A DNA stretch of 64,000 nt from assembly GCA_964035545.1 (NCBI GenBank), contig OZ037768.1, forward strand, positions 19,079,700 to 19,143,699, given 5' to 3'. This DNA is from Bugula neritina (taxonomy: Eukaryota; Animalia; Bryozoa). The notes beneath the pieces are model-generated. The model saw nothing but the letters and a program-made list of their open reading frames with translations. It was not told where the DNA came from and did no database searches. Within the stretch, counting starts at the first letter, position 1; every line of letters starts with the position of its first letter. Shown here in pieces: positions 52,601 through 64,000 of this stretch. Made by a program: the position numbers and the translations under genes.

Positions 52601-54523
52601 CCAGGTGTATCTATGACATTAATTATGCTATCTTTGAAAGAACAGCTCTAAGCTAAAGCGAAAGAATGAAACTGCACCTCACTGCATAAACGCCTAGCGG
52701 TTGCATTAAACTTTTATTCAAAAGAAACTTTATTTCACAATTCAGAAAGTTCTGAAGAAAGCATAGCCTGTTAAATCACATGTTTCTATAGTAAATAAAG
52801 AATTACCTGCAGTGTAATGACGAGTACCATAATATCTCAATCTGTATCTAGACATTCCAAACACATGCTTGCCTGCAGCCGTTGCAGCAGCGTATTTCAA
52901 ATACGTGGAGCTAAAAACAAAAGACAGTTGAAAATAAAACTGAGCATCACGTGCAGATAAAGACAAAGCTTTCATTATTTTATAAAACGTTATTAACACT
53001 GCAAACACCAATCTTTCGCAAATCTAAGCCAACATATGTTTAATATAATAATATGTTTCAGGACACTCAAAAATGCAATTCAACAAAAAAATTCACTATA
53101 TAGTACATTGCACATATGCACGCAACAATTTAATTTTAACATGTTGCATGATAACTGTTTGTGCACAAACAAATAATCTTGAAAGTTCTGTGGCTTATCT
53201 CATGTTACAGCCAGTTTTTAAAATTTATTACAATAAAAATGATTCAACAATTGTTTTATTTATGTCATATATTCACTAAACTTATAATATATTTTTGGCA
53301 TTATAATATTTTACTGGTTTTGTCTATTTACGACTAACATTAAGAAAGTAAATTTATGAGGTTTGTTAACAAGCCTACCAATAGTAGAATGAAGTGCAAA
53401 CTACTGCATTAGTAGAGAATATATAGTTTATTACTAGTAGTTAAGTAAGCAACAGCTTAAATATAATATTTCAAGTTTATGTAACATGAGGCATAATAAA
53501 TAAAATAAAGTAAACAAACATAATGCACAGTGTTGTAGAAGGGGCATTTATTTATTTATAATGTGCTTGCTCTATATCAACAGTATGTGACTGCTTTATT
53601 ATTTTGATCACCATGACTCACATTGGATATATTGCATGTGAAACTATGGCTTACAAATAATTTCTCAAAAATCAACTAGCTATGCTTGAAGCAAAGTAGG
53701 TTAATACATTTTTATTTTCGACTTAAAAATGAACAACTAAAATAAAAATTATGGCATGACTGCTAACAAGTCATGTCTAGAAATAATAAAAGTAAAAATT
53801 CTGAGTATAATTTTAAACAAAAAATACTGAAATGTCTGGTATACTCTTTTTATTGAATGTATAATGAATAATAATTATTTATTGTAATGCCAAAAGAGAA
53901 AGTTACTAAGGTTTATTACCATTAACCATAACACTTAGAAGCACATGATAATAGACTTATTAAAATCTTAGCTTAGTCTTAACAAATAAAAGACATGCAC
54001 CATATACCTACTGAGAATCTTCCAACTTACTGCTATAGGCGCCGTTTTAAAATATTTGTGAGTAAGACTATACTATTATAGCAATCATACTCATTTCATT
54101 CATTTCTAGCAGTTCCTTACCTTCGAACTCCACTACTTCGATACCTTGTACTTCTATAACTACTCCTGGAACTACTTCTGTAACTACTTCTGTAACTACT
54201 TCTGTAACTACTGCTGTAACTACTTCTGTAACTGCTGCTGGAACTACTTCTGTAACTGCTGCTGGAGCTACTTCGAACTCCAGACCGAAATCCTCCAAAA
54301 CGAGCCCCTTTCACTTCTACCAATTTGTAAGATTTAAAAATTAATTTTAGTATGCTCAAACAACTTGAACTATATAATGAATGGTTTAGTTGCAGTTAAA
54401 AATACAGTAAGATATATGTTAGTTCAATCACCCTAGTCTATGATTTCACTAAACTAACTTACCAATAGTGCTTAGTACTAGCACACAAATAACCAGAGCT
54501 GCTAAATTTAAGCAATAATTCAT
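49615..54523 (-). CDS. Uncharacterised single-pass membrane protein: signal peptide, (SSYR)n basic low-complexity region, Ala-rich segment, Shisa-like six-Cys domain, TM helix, Cys cluster; ~241 aa
   Basis: Exons 54523-54463, 54316-54121, 52910-52807, 51853-51682, 50955-50795 and probable terminal exon 49646-49615; all phases consistent. Translation: MNYCLNLAALVICVLVLSTIEVKG-ARFGGFRSGVRSSSSSSYRSS...-STYLKYAAATAAGKHVFGMSRYRLRYYGTRHY-DPNICTN...YFVCPYDVDDTAADRYCCGSADNEYCCSYW-GGILGIVFGSLLLICIFGVCCKICGNQRRR...EDAVPVVLAT*. The terminal exon is the least certain. Confidence 0.8.
54150..54275 (-). repeat. 12-bp coding tandem repeat (AGTAGTTACAGA)n encoding SSYR
   Basis: ACTACTTCTGTA and variants repeated within exon 2 of the membrane-protein gene. 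Confidence 0.9.
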
Positions 54524-54733
54524 TTTTAAAGATGCAAAGCTGACGTTTTAAGAAGTACTTTGATAATGTAAAATGTATGCCTAGCTTAACATCAACTGGG
54601 AAACTGTACAGCTGTGAGACACTATAGCAGGTTGTCGTAAAAAATCAATGTTGTTATTCAAATATAATAAAGGAATAAAAGCGCAATGAATCACTGATCT
54701 ATTGTTCAAGAGTAGCCTATATTTTTTATTTAT

Positions 54734-55494
54734 CACAAGATAGTTAAGGGCATCCTCACTAAGAATATTATCATAAATTTCTCTCTAAATGTAGTTCAGG
54801 TTCTTGAATAATATTGCTCTGCGGGTGGCATGCGTGTTGCTTACTTGCATTTGTTTAGCCTGAGATTAAACTACAGCCAATGAGCAGCAACCTTCATTAG
54901 GGCTGCGTTATCTATCAACATTCCATTATAGATGCTAAATAAACAAAGTACAAAGCATGCTACTCATTATAGCCTGCCAGCTAGCAAGCCTGTAATTATT
55001 ATGTACACGCCAATATCTTCCCATCCCTACGTGCTCATTGAAGCGTGAAGTGCAGCGCGCTGCTAGTTTCTTATGAAAAAATATGGCATTTTCAGTGTAT
55101 AAATCATCAATTTATGAGCAATCTAGCAAAGTTATCGGAAAATGAAAAATATTTGCACTGGAGAAATATCTCAGGATTCTAGCAGTGCAATTTTTATTCA
55201 GATATCATCTTTTGCTGCTGAGATATTTTACTGGTACTGAAAAGTCAGCTTTTCTGGCAAAATTGGCCAAAATTGGGCAGTTTTTTGTCTATAACTTTGC
55301 AAAAAAAATGAAAATTGAAATTTCCAAAAAAAGTTGCACTGGGGAAAAAAAAGATCTACAACATAGTTTTTTAAATTTTGACTCTAGCATAATTAGGTGA
55401 GATTTTATTTTACTGGTACTGAATTCTTATATGATTACAATGCAAACCTCAGCAAGGCAGTTGCAGCTAAAAGGTTGCCCTTAACTATCCTGTG
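54734..55494. mobile_element. Non-autonomous DNA element with CAC...GTG termini (~760 bp)
   Basis: TIRs CACAAGATAGTTAAGGGCATCCT / AGGTTGCCCTTAACTATCCTGTG. Internal direct repeats TTTTACTGGTACTGAA and TGCACTGG(A/G)GAAA. No clean target-site duplication. Confidence 0.65.
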
Positions 55495-56934
55495 TAGCAA
55501 TTTATTGCAACTGCTGATAAGGTGCATTTATTTTAATTTATTACACTACATAATAGGACAATGACAAGCTTTTTAACATTAATATAAGAATTTATTATGC
55601 ATCTTATTTAATTCTCCTCAAACAAAAAGCTTATTAATTCACTTTGTTTGGATTCTTTGAATAAAAGACAATATACTTTTTTGCAGAATTCTAGTTGACT
55701 GCTCAGCAACAATACAATGGGTGTTCAAATTAGCAGCTTTTGAAAACTTTTTCAAGATTGCGTCAATATATTGCAACATGATACTCAAATATTACATTTG
55801 AATAAGGAACTCCTAGCATTGGTTGTCATGAACTCATATAATGGCCTAATACTACGCCTAGCTATATAAGCGTTTATATCATTTGTTGTATTCCTGATAG
55901 TAAATGCTTGTTATTACATTTGTTACTTATATATTATAATAAGTAATAATGCTCCATAGAAGATGCTATTATTCTACGGCATGAGATACATTATTTCAGT
56001 AGAAAATATTCAGCAATCGAACATGTTATTTACATGACCAAATTTTTATTACATTGTAGGTGTTGACCCAACCATTATTATCATTTATAAAAATCACCTG
56101 TAAAGAGATAATTATTGCTGCCAGTACCACTGGTGCAGTTTGAATATTTGTTTGTATGTAATTTTTTTAAACATCCATCACTTAGCTTCATAAGTTGCAA
56201 GTTTTTGCACTTTTCTTTCCTCTCTATCATTAATGCAATAGTATGCTAAGTACTATATGAGTGGCATATAGCAAGTGCATAGACTCAATATAAACTTTTA
56301 ACGTACAAAATTGTTGTTGGTTTGTAAGTCTCCACTCTACAACGTACTTGAAAAATATCATTGTTCCAAAAATTGAGAAGACATGCCAATTATTGGAAAC
56401 ATGCAATAATTTCTATACCTACTGTTGTGGGCTTGTGGCACCACAAATTGAAACAGCTGTGATGCTGAAACTATGTCACTATCAAACAGTAATAATAAAG
56501 TTTATAGTCCACAGATGACAGAAGTAAAAAGTGCTTAAAATCAGAAAATTTAACAAATAACCAACGTGAGGTTTTGCCATTTATGATACCACAACATACC
56601 ACCGTTGGGAAAAGGTACACATTTTTGTTCGGAGTTGTCTTCACATTTATTTTCTACGAAGAAAGTCTATAAACGTTTTTGTACCTACGAAATTGCTAGT
56701 TACCGAGTAGATTAAAATTACGACGCCTAGCTTCCTTCTCACAGTAACATCATGATAAATCTGATTAAATTATTAAATGTAGTAACTAATAGTAATATTA
56801 TTGACTCTTTATTCTTCTTAAACATAAACATACTGATCCGATGGTGATATTCGCTTACTTTAAATTAATTGATTATTCACTGACTCTGTTAGTTATGGTC
56901 TTGACTATCAGCAATTCAGTGTGAGTTGAGTATC

Positions 56935-57200
56935 ACTATGATACTCATACTCTGATACTGATAGTCATAGTGATACTGATAGTGATACTGATACTCAATC
57001 CAACTCTCATACTGATACTCATACTGATAGTGATACTCATACTGATGGTGATACTCATACTGATAGTGATACTCATACTGATGGTGATACTCATACTGAT
57101 AGTGATACTCACTCTCATACTCATAGTTATACTGATACTTATACTCATAGTCATAGTTATAGTATCACATTCAGTTTCACTATCACTATGACTATCACTA
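56935..57200. repeat. Hexamer satellite (ATACTC/ATACTG/ATAGTG)n
   Basis: Directly visible; source of the spurious ISIT and ILIL ORFs. Confidence 0.92.
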
Positions 57201-57807
57201 TGTTGCACTTGATCGTAATGATAATAATAATCTAAATCACTGATATTTATTTTTAATAATAGTTATAATAATTAATATGATGATGAATAAAATTAAATGT
57301 AGTAGAATAGAGTATAATACTAATAGTGCTAGTAGTACTAGTAGCCCACTAGTAATAGTATAGTCTTAGTCTACACTCAATACTCATGCTCACAGTCATA
57401 CTGAGTCTGATAGTCAATAGTGATGTTCATTGAAGACAGTCGTTGTCATTGTGATTGTAATTCAATTGCGTTTAACTTTAACTTAAACTTGAAGTTGAAG
57501 TTTAAGCTTAAGTTAAACTAAATACTTATACGAATAGTATTACTGGTAGTAATACTTATACTAATAGACATAGTTATAGTAGAATACTAATAGTAATAGT
57601 AGAATACTAAAAGTAAATTGAGAAATTAAAATACTCATACTGACTTTTACTCAAGTCGGAAGTACTAGTAGTAGTACTAGTACTAGTACATTTAATAATT
57701 TATATTATGATAATCAATATTGGTATATTACTAAATAACTTACAGGATTTTATAGTCGCTATCCTTGAGAAGGGTTTTTGAAAGCTAAGGACTTTTTTTT
57801 CTAATGT

Positions 57808-57927
57808 GGCACAGGACTCAGGAGCAATAATGACTGGATGCTCTGCCTAACATCACTGCCAGTGTTTAGACTTGAACCACTGGCCATGTGTTTATTAGGC
57901 CTGCACTCTAACCACTACAACAGCACT
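57808..57927 (-). mobile_element. tRNA-derived SINE copy
   Basis: Reverse strand reads GTAGTGGTTAGAGTGCAGGCCTAATAAACACATGGCCAGTGGTTCAAGTC...GTGATGTTAGGCAGAGCATCCAGTCATTATT, the same family as 23546. Confidence 0.6.
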
Positions 57928-58554
57928 AAAACCACCACACCGAGATTGCTCCCTATGAATATGACTGTATCATATTGATATAATTATATGACTTTCTTGA
58001 TAATAATAATAACATTAAATTTTACAAGAATGAGTTTTAAGCATTGTTTAATTTTTTTAATGTCTATGTTATTGAATTTAATTTATTATAGTCATAATAA
58101 ATTTAAACTATAAATAATGAAGTTACTAATACTAATACTAATTAGTAACTATAATAAGTATATTTATATAAAATTTATTATTTAATATAAATTAAAATAT
58201 TGATGTAAAGCAGTTGATAATAAAAGATATTACTATAAGCCATTGGCTGAATTTAAGGCAGCAGTTATTACTTTTAGTATTAGTTTCACTATATATAATT
58301 CTTATAACAAATATTTTACTATGACAATAATGTACTATTAATATAACTATACTATTACATTGCACTAATTCTAGTTATGATATTTATACTAAATTATAAA
58401 GTCATATATATGGCTATGACTGTACCTAAAAGCTTATAGTTATGTGTATAGCTAGCTTAACTATAAAACACCCATGCTGTTAATGCTGAGGTATAACATA
58501 CTCTTAGTCTTGTGACTGTCACTTACACTTGTAGTTATAAAATTAGACTCATTA

Positions 58555-60624
58555 GGGGAAGGTGGGGTAAGTTGGGTCAAGGGGCAAGTTGGGTCAGGCC
58601 ATTTTCTCAAAAACTGTAATGCTAGGAAACTGAATAGTTAGGTCAAGAAGTAAAGGCCAAACTAAAATAACTTCCTGCTATTACAACAACACTATCAAAA
58701 AAGAGGTGAGTGAAATATTACCTAATATCAATATTTTTGCTTTATTTGACATTCTGTTCACCAAAACAGTAGACCAAAACTTTGTCATTAAGCATGAGGT
58801 TAGAGTGCTGATGTTTTGTGTCATGAATACTTGAGTAGTTAGCTTATATTTGGTGGATTATAAAACTTTTTAAATTAATTTTTTCATGCAAAAATTACAT
58901 GCTTTACAAAATTGCTGCCAATGGGGCAAGTTGGGTCAAAATTTTGGGGCTAGTTGGCTCAGTGGCCCAACTTGCCCCAAGTCACTAAACATAGTGTTAA
59001 TGTAATATTATTGTTGCAGATCGTGATACTGGATAATCAATGCTCACATATATCCTTAGAGAGTCTGTAACTCTTGCTAAAAAATCAGGAGTTGTTCTAC
59101 TCACCTTGCCACCACATACTTCACACCAATTACAGTCTCTGGATAGAACTGTTTTCGGTCCAATGAAAACATACTTCAACAAGGCAATGGATAACTAAAT
59201 GATAACCTATCTGAACATGAGCATAAAAGTGAAAGACATTGGCGCCCTAACAAAGCGAGCATTTGGGCAAAACATGACTGTTGCTAATATAACATCGGGC
59301 TTTCGCTCATCTGGCATATTCCCATCAAAAGCAGGCATATTTACCGACGCCGACTATGTTCCAACCGATGTTACGGACAAACCTCAAAGAGTGACCAATG
59401 AGCAAAATAATCTAATTCAACTTAGCCAAGTTCATCTCAGCCAACTTTATTCCAGATTCCAATCTACAATCCAAGCACGCCTAGTACTTCTGGTTTATTG
59501 GCAGGGGCTACCTCTCAGGATACTTCTACTTCACTGGTGGTGGCTACCTCTAAGCAGCCTGTTACCCCTCAAGATGTTCTTCTCTTACCCAAAGCTGCTC
59601 TACGCAAAAATGGAGCACCCAGAAGAAAGCGGGTAAAGACCGCTACACTGATAGACACACCAGAGAAAGAAAGAATCGAGCAAGAATGAGCAGACAAGTT
59701 GAATAAAGGAAAGGAACGACCTAAGCGTAGGCCTATACAGAAAGAGCCAGAATCCTGCAGTGAAGATGAGCAGAACCATAGTTCCACTAGAGACAGACAG
59801 CGATTCGCAATCCGAGGCGGAAGCAGAAGAACAGGATGTGACAGATGTAGAAGAAGGGGCGTTTGTGGTGGCAAAATACAAAGGAAAACGTTCAACCATA
59901 AGTTTTGTTGGAATGGTGGTTGGCAAGGATGAAGGAGATTGGAGATTGGACTTTTACAAAAAGACTCCACAGGGCACATTCTCTAGGCCATCATAGCCAG
60001 ACATATATACAGTGAAGGCTGAGCAAATTTTTAGAGTGCTGGGGGCATCTGTCTCAACTGGAACAACTGTTCGAACTATAGGCTGTGTTAGTTTTGGCAA
60101 CAAACTAAATGGCATGGGCTTTGAGTTAGTTTTCTTGATGCCTTTATTAAATAAAAATAATAGCCCCAAGCAGATTCGGTTTACTTCTTCGTCCATTCCC
60201 AGAGTCTAAACTCAAATAATCTCACTAAATTAAATGATGACTGGGGGCCTATGTTACAAACTTTGTATGTTTTTCTCAAACTAATATGCTGTTAATCATT
60301 ACTTAGACCTAATGAAAATTAATAAATTGAATTTATTTCAGTGATATGTTAGATGCCATAGTAATGAAATAGCGACCCAACTTGCCCCATTTTTTTTTGG
60401 TGGTGACCCAACTTGCCCCTCATGCGGGGTAAGTTGGGTCAGAAGAAAGGTTTTACGGTATTATCTGTAGCTGACTCAATGTTGGTGTTGCCTCAAAATA
60501 AAATTGGGCTATCGCAGATAACATGTTAATCTATCTTTATGACAAACAGTTTGATATTTACATGCTTAGATCGGCCACAATATTAAAAAAACCAATTTTT
60601 GACCCAACTTACCCCGCCTTCCCC
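58555..60624 (+). mobile_element. pogo/Tigger-type (Tc1/mariner superfamily) DNA transposon, internally deleted, 2070 bp
   Basis: 26-bp TIRs GGGGAAGG(T/C)GGGGTAAGTTGGGTCAA with one mismatch, TA target-site duplications (58553-54, 60625-26) and subterminal GGGGCAAGTTGGGTCA repeats. Confidence 0.93.
59020..59996 (+). pseudogene. Truncated DDE_1 (pogo/CENP-B-like) transposase remnant
   Basis: IVILDNQCSHISLESVTLAKKSGVVLLTLPPHTSHQLQSLDRTVFGPMKTYFNKAMDN* then ..NITSGFRSSGIFP. In-frame stop at ~59196, downstream frameshifts, and no N-terminal HTH region. Confidence 0.85.
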
Positions 60625-63600
60625 TAATACTTTGTTTTACTCAACATTTTCAGTTTAAGTTACACTTGGAGTAAAAATAGTTGTATTTTGGCTTTTACTT
60701 TTATTTGACTCTATGTGTCATTTACATCCAAAACAAATCATAAACTCAGTTTTAATGTGAGTGTAGCACTCACACTTCCACTTACATTGGACTTGAGATC
60801 AATTGTATTATAATAATAATAATACTCATTATTTAGTAATAGTGATGTAGTTTTCTGGTAATAGAAATTCTGCTCACGTTGTCTTCCATGCTGAGGCTAA
60901 GGGGACATGATGCAAAAAGCTGTGCAATATCTATTTATGTACATATGTTTAGCCATTTGTGCACAAAAATAGATGTTATTATATCATCAACTAGTCATAG
61001 TATTTTACAAATACAAATAAGTGAGACAAATGTATAATAACTTATAATATTAGTATCTTTTACAAACGGTCAGGTTCCTAGGGAATGCTTAGTTTTAAGA
61101 AATTTTGGAAGCTGTCCAACTACAGCCCTGAAGCAATCATTGAGATTAAGTTTATTTAATAGGAGACCGGCATATAAATATATATATAATAATCTATAAA
61201 TTTTTACTGTCTTGTAATATTTCTCTTGATAATTGTTTTAAACCATCTATTTAATTTTTTTAGTACTACTCATTTTTAAGCTATAGTATGGTTATACTTT
61301 AGGTACTTAAGTTAGCAAACTGTCAGCTGCATAGTTTTGGTAGAATAGAATATAAAATATTTATGGGTATATTATAAGTTTTACTATATGGAAACAGAAT
61401 AAACATACAGCTTCATATAGTGATAACATTGCAAGTTACACATCAGCTACTTTTACTACTATGTGATAATAGTTGACTGAAGTCAGCTTGACATTCCTTA
61501 CGTAATCGTAGAGTTGGTTGATAGTCGAATATTAGTAATTAGCTAACTAAATTTTATGTATTTATCCCATTCACTCTGTATTGAAGGACTTTTTCTATGT
61601 ACATTATTATTAGTCAAGTTATTTTTATATAAATTAATAGCTTTAATATGGCATATTTTCTAATATTTGTCAGTTATCATTTCAGAGTTGCTGTTAACTG
61701 CTATAATATTATATTAGGTTTGCTGTTAATTCTGTTAGTTTAATATAATATTGTCAACTGTTGCTGGTATAAGATTTTGATATCTTATTTTAGTTGCATG
61801 TCTGTGAAAATCAAGTCAAAAGTGTTCCAACACTCAACTGATGCCGAAAAGAAAACTTGGTTGCTGCGAATACACCAACAGAAAAGGCGAGCTAGCGCAT
61901 GTACTCGGCTGCTGTTGTGATTGTGACATCTTAGATGCTGCCTGCGATCGGTATAACTCTTCATTTTTGACATGCAATGTTATACAAAATAAATTTTAAA
62001 CTCGAAGTTGGTCCCCGTCTTTTAAAACACTTTGCACTATTCTTTATCACTATGTCACCATGCGTCCATATAAGATGGATTACACCAAAACTGCACATTC
62101 CTATTGCTGTGGTTGCATTATCTTCACACTGTCCCCATGCATCACAATGAAAACCAATACGCATAATGGAAAGCATGAGGATGTAGTATATGGCATGGCT
62201 GTTGAATCATTAAGCTTGCAACAGTCTGAAATTTCTATTTTTGAATTGGCATAATTATTTTACAGCACCATATGTTAATATAATCTATTTGTGTACTCTT
62301 GAAATAGATTATTTTTAAACAGTTCCTTTGTTTTTTTCGCCTGACAGATGGATGTAATATTTAAAATACTTGAAGGCCACTTTTGTATCTATGCAATATA
62401 TGCTAACAGTGGGTTAATGCCCTCATAAATCACACTAGTCAGTAATACACACTTTTTCCTTCTAATACATTTACAGTTGTATAAACTAGCTGTATGGGTG
62501 AAAATAGCACGGTCTACTTCTCTTTGCAGCTGTCTAAGGTGCCAGTCACAAAGCTCTGACTTTTCCTATCAAATGTCCAGTATAATTGCTGATAGGCTCA
62601 GAATTCCATGGGTTGGAGGGTCGGGCGCCATACAGGTTAGAGCTATTGCCACTTATAAGAGTGTGGAAGGCGATTGCATAGCCTTAAGATCTGGGATTTT
62701 ATTTTTACTTATGCTGAGTATAATACCATGCATGCCAATATATAATACAGCAAGGGCGTAGCTCACTTCATTTAAGGCAGTTTGAAGATGTGTCTAATTA
62801 ATTACTTAGATATATGTAGACTGTAGCATGTTTACTTGTAAACACTGCATAGAAAATTCCTTGCACATGGTTTGAAATAGTTGCAGCTATTATATGCTGT
62901 AGCTGAGTGGCTCATTTCCTTTCTACTTCAGTTCATGGTTTGAGCGAGAGAGTAGTTTTTAATTTTGCTTGTGTTGTCGGTTTTTGTATGCAAGTATTTC
63001 TATTTATTTGCATGTGAAAATTTCTTAAGGGTAACCTAACTTTTCAACCTTCTTGTAGAAAGTTACTGTTCCTGCCTAGCCATGTGACCACAATAGCTCT
63101 TGAGTCATTTTTGAACAACTGTTGTTAATACAACATGGCTAGTGATTAGTGTGTTACATGATGCAATACCAATAGGAGTTGTGCTCTTTTAGCTCCAGCT
63201 GGATGTTTTCTCTCCTATACTTATAATACCGACACTGTTGGTTATATCTATAACTCATCACTACGTGGCGTGGACCGTCTCCATTCTCACTCCGCTCTGT
63301 CTCCTCCTCTACTACAGATCCTGGAGGAACAACCCCCAGCGCACCAGAACTAGGTTCTTTTTCTCCTGGGGTCTTGGTATGTGCAGACAATTGTTATACA
63401 CAATATATTCTAGTAGAATGAAGTCTTATGCACTAATAGAAATAAATGACATCTACAAATAGCTTGTTGATTTTCTGATTCAGCATAGTTTTTACTTATT
63501 TTGTATTGATGATGGTTATTATTATTTTTAAAAACAGCTCATGTCATTTGATAATAAGAAATTGATTAGCCGGTGTAGTAACCAAACACATACTAAGTTC

Positions 63601-63699
63601 AATCGTATTAATGAAAATTTATAGTCGCCATCCCCGAGACAACCCCAAATAGAAAGATTTTTTTTAGTCAGACTTTTTCTTTACTGTGACAAAGGAGTA

Positions 63700-63958
63700 A
63701 TTACGACTGATTTTTCTTTCTCACACCACCATTGGCCTTTACTGGGATTTCATTACTTTGCATAATGTAAATGTATGCTGGGTGAATTTGTGGTTGCAGT
63801 TTGCATGAACTTATGGTTTTGATTTCATTCGATGTATGTAACTGTTTCCAAACACCAAATGCAAATTCCATTGAAGCTGGAGACACAGTACTTTACTGGG
63901 ATTTGAACCACTGAACTCATGTTTACTAAGCCCGTGCTCTAACCCCTAGACACTATGG
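63700..63958 (-). mobile_element. tRNA-derived SINE interrupted by a family-B MITE (63751-63890)
   Basis: SINE head 63958-63891 closely matches 23546-23612. The SINE core resumes at 63750-63700. The insert matches family B and is flanked by a 14-bp direct repeat CTTTACTGGGATTT. Confidence 0.75.
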
Positions 63959-64000
63959 TAGATATCAACAAGTATTTGTACTTTTGTTGTAGTGAGCGTG

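Noticed and set aside
54068-54337. Alternative-frame ORFs (VTEV)n and (CNYF)n
   Set aside because: Shadows of the 12-bp SSYR coding repeat; only the SSYR frame splices in phase to the flanking exons.
56945-57208. Hydrophobic ILIL / ISIT ORFs
   Set aside because: Hexamer satellite translations.
63701-63886. ORF with EFAFGVWK resembling a Harbinger transposase motif
   Set aside because: The DNA aligns to the non-coding family-B MITE and the SINE core, so the motif is coincidental.

Overview
AT-rich (roughly one-third GC) eukaryotic genomic DNA from an invertebrate animal; the exact taxon cannot be read from sequence. Five intron-containing genes were reconstructed by hand, using GT-AG boundaries and checking reading-frame phase across every junction. 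(1) RGS22-like regulator of G-protein signalling (+, 1204-24604, 29 coding exons, ~1487 aa). (2) A divergent polo-like kinase with two polo boxes (-, 35575-25592, 15 exons, ~641 aa), tail-to-tail with RGS22. (3) A four-repeat annexin (+, 36609-42079, 9 exons, 324 aa), head-to-head with the kinase. (4) A secreted PAN/apple + F-type lectin protein (-, 46062-43791, 4 exons, 266 aa). (5) An uncharacterised single-pass membrane protein (-, 54523-~49615, ~241 aa) with a signal peptide, (SSYR)n basic repeats and an AAATAAG segment in a prion/Shadoo-like order, followed by a Shisa-like six-cysteine module. Mobile DNA includes a deleted pogo/Tigger element, a Mutator/foldback element, a hAT MITE, two small MITE families and a tRNA-derived SINE family. 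The most unusual signals are tandem arrays of duplicated splice sites in three different genes (RGS22 acceptor x9, annexin acceptor plus branch point x4, kinase donor x6) and the prion-like/Shisa-like membrane protein.
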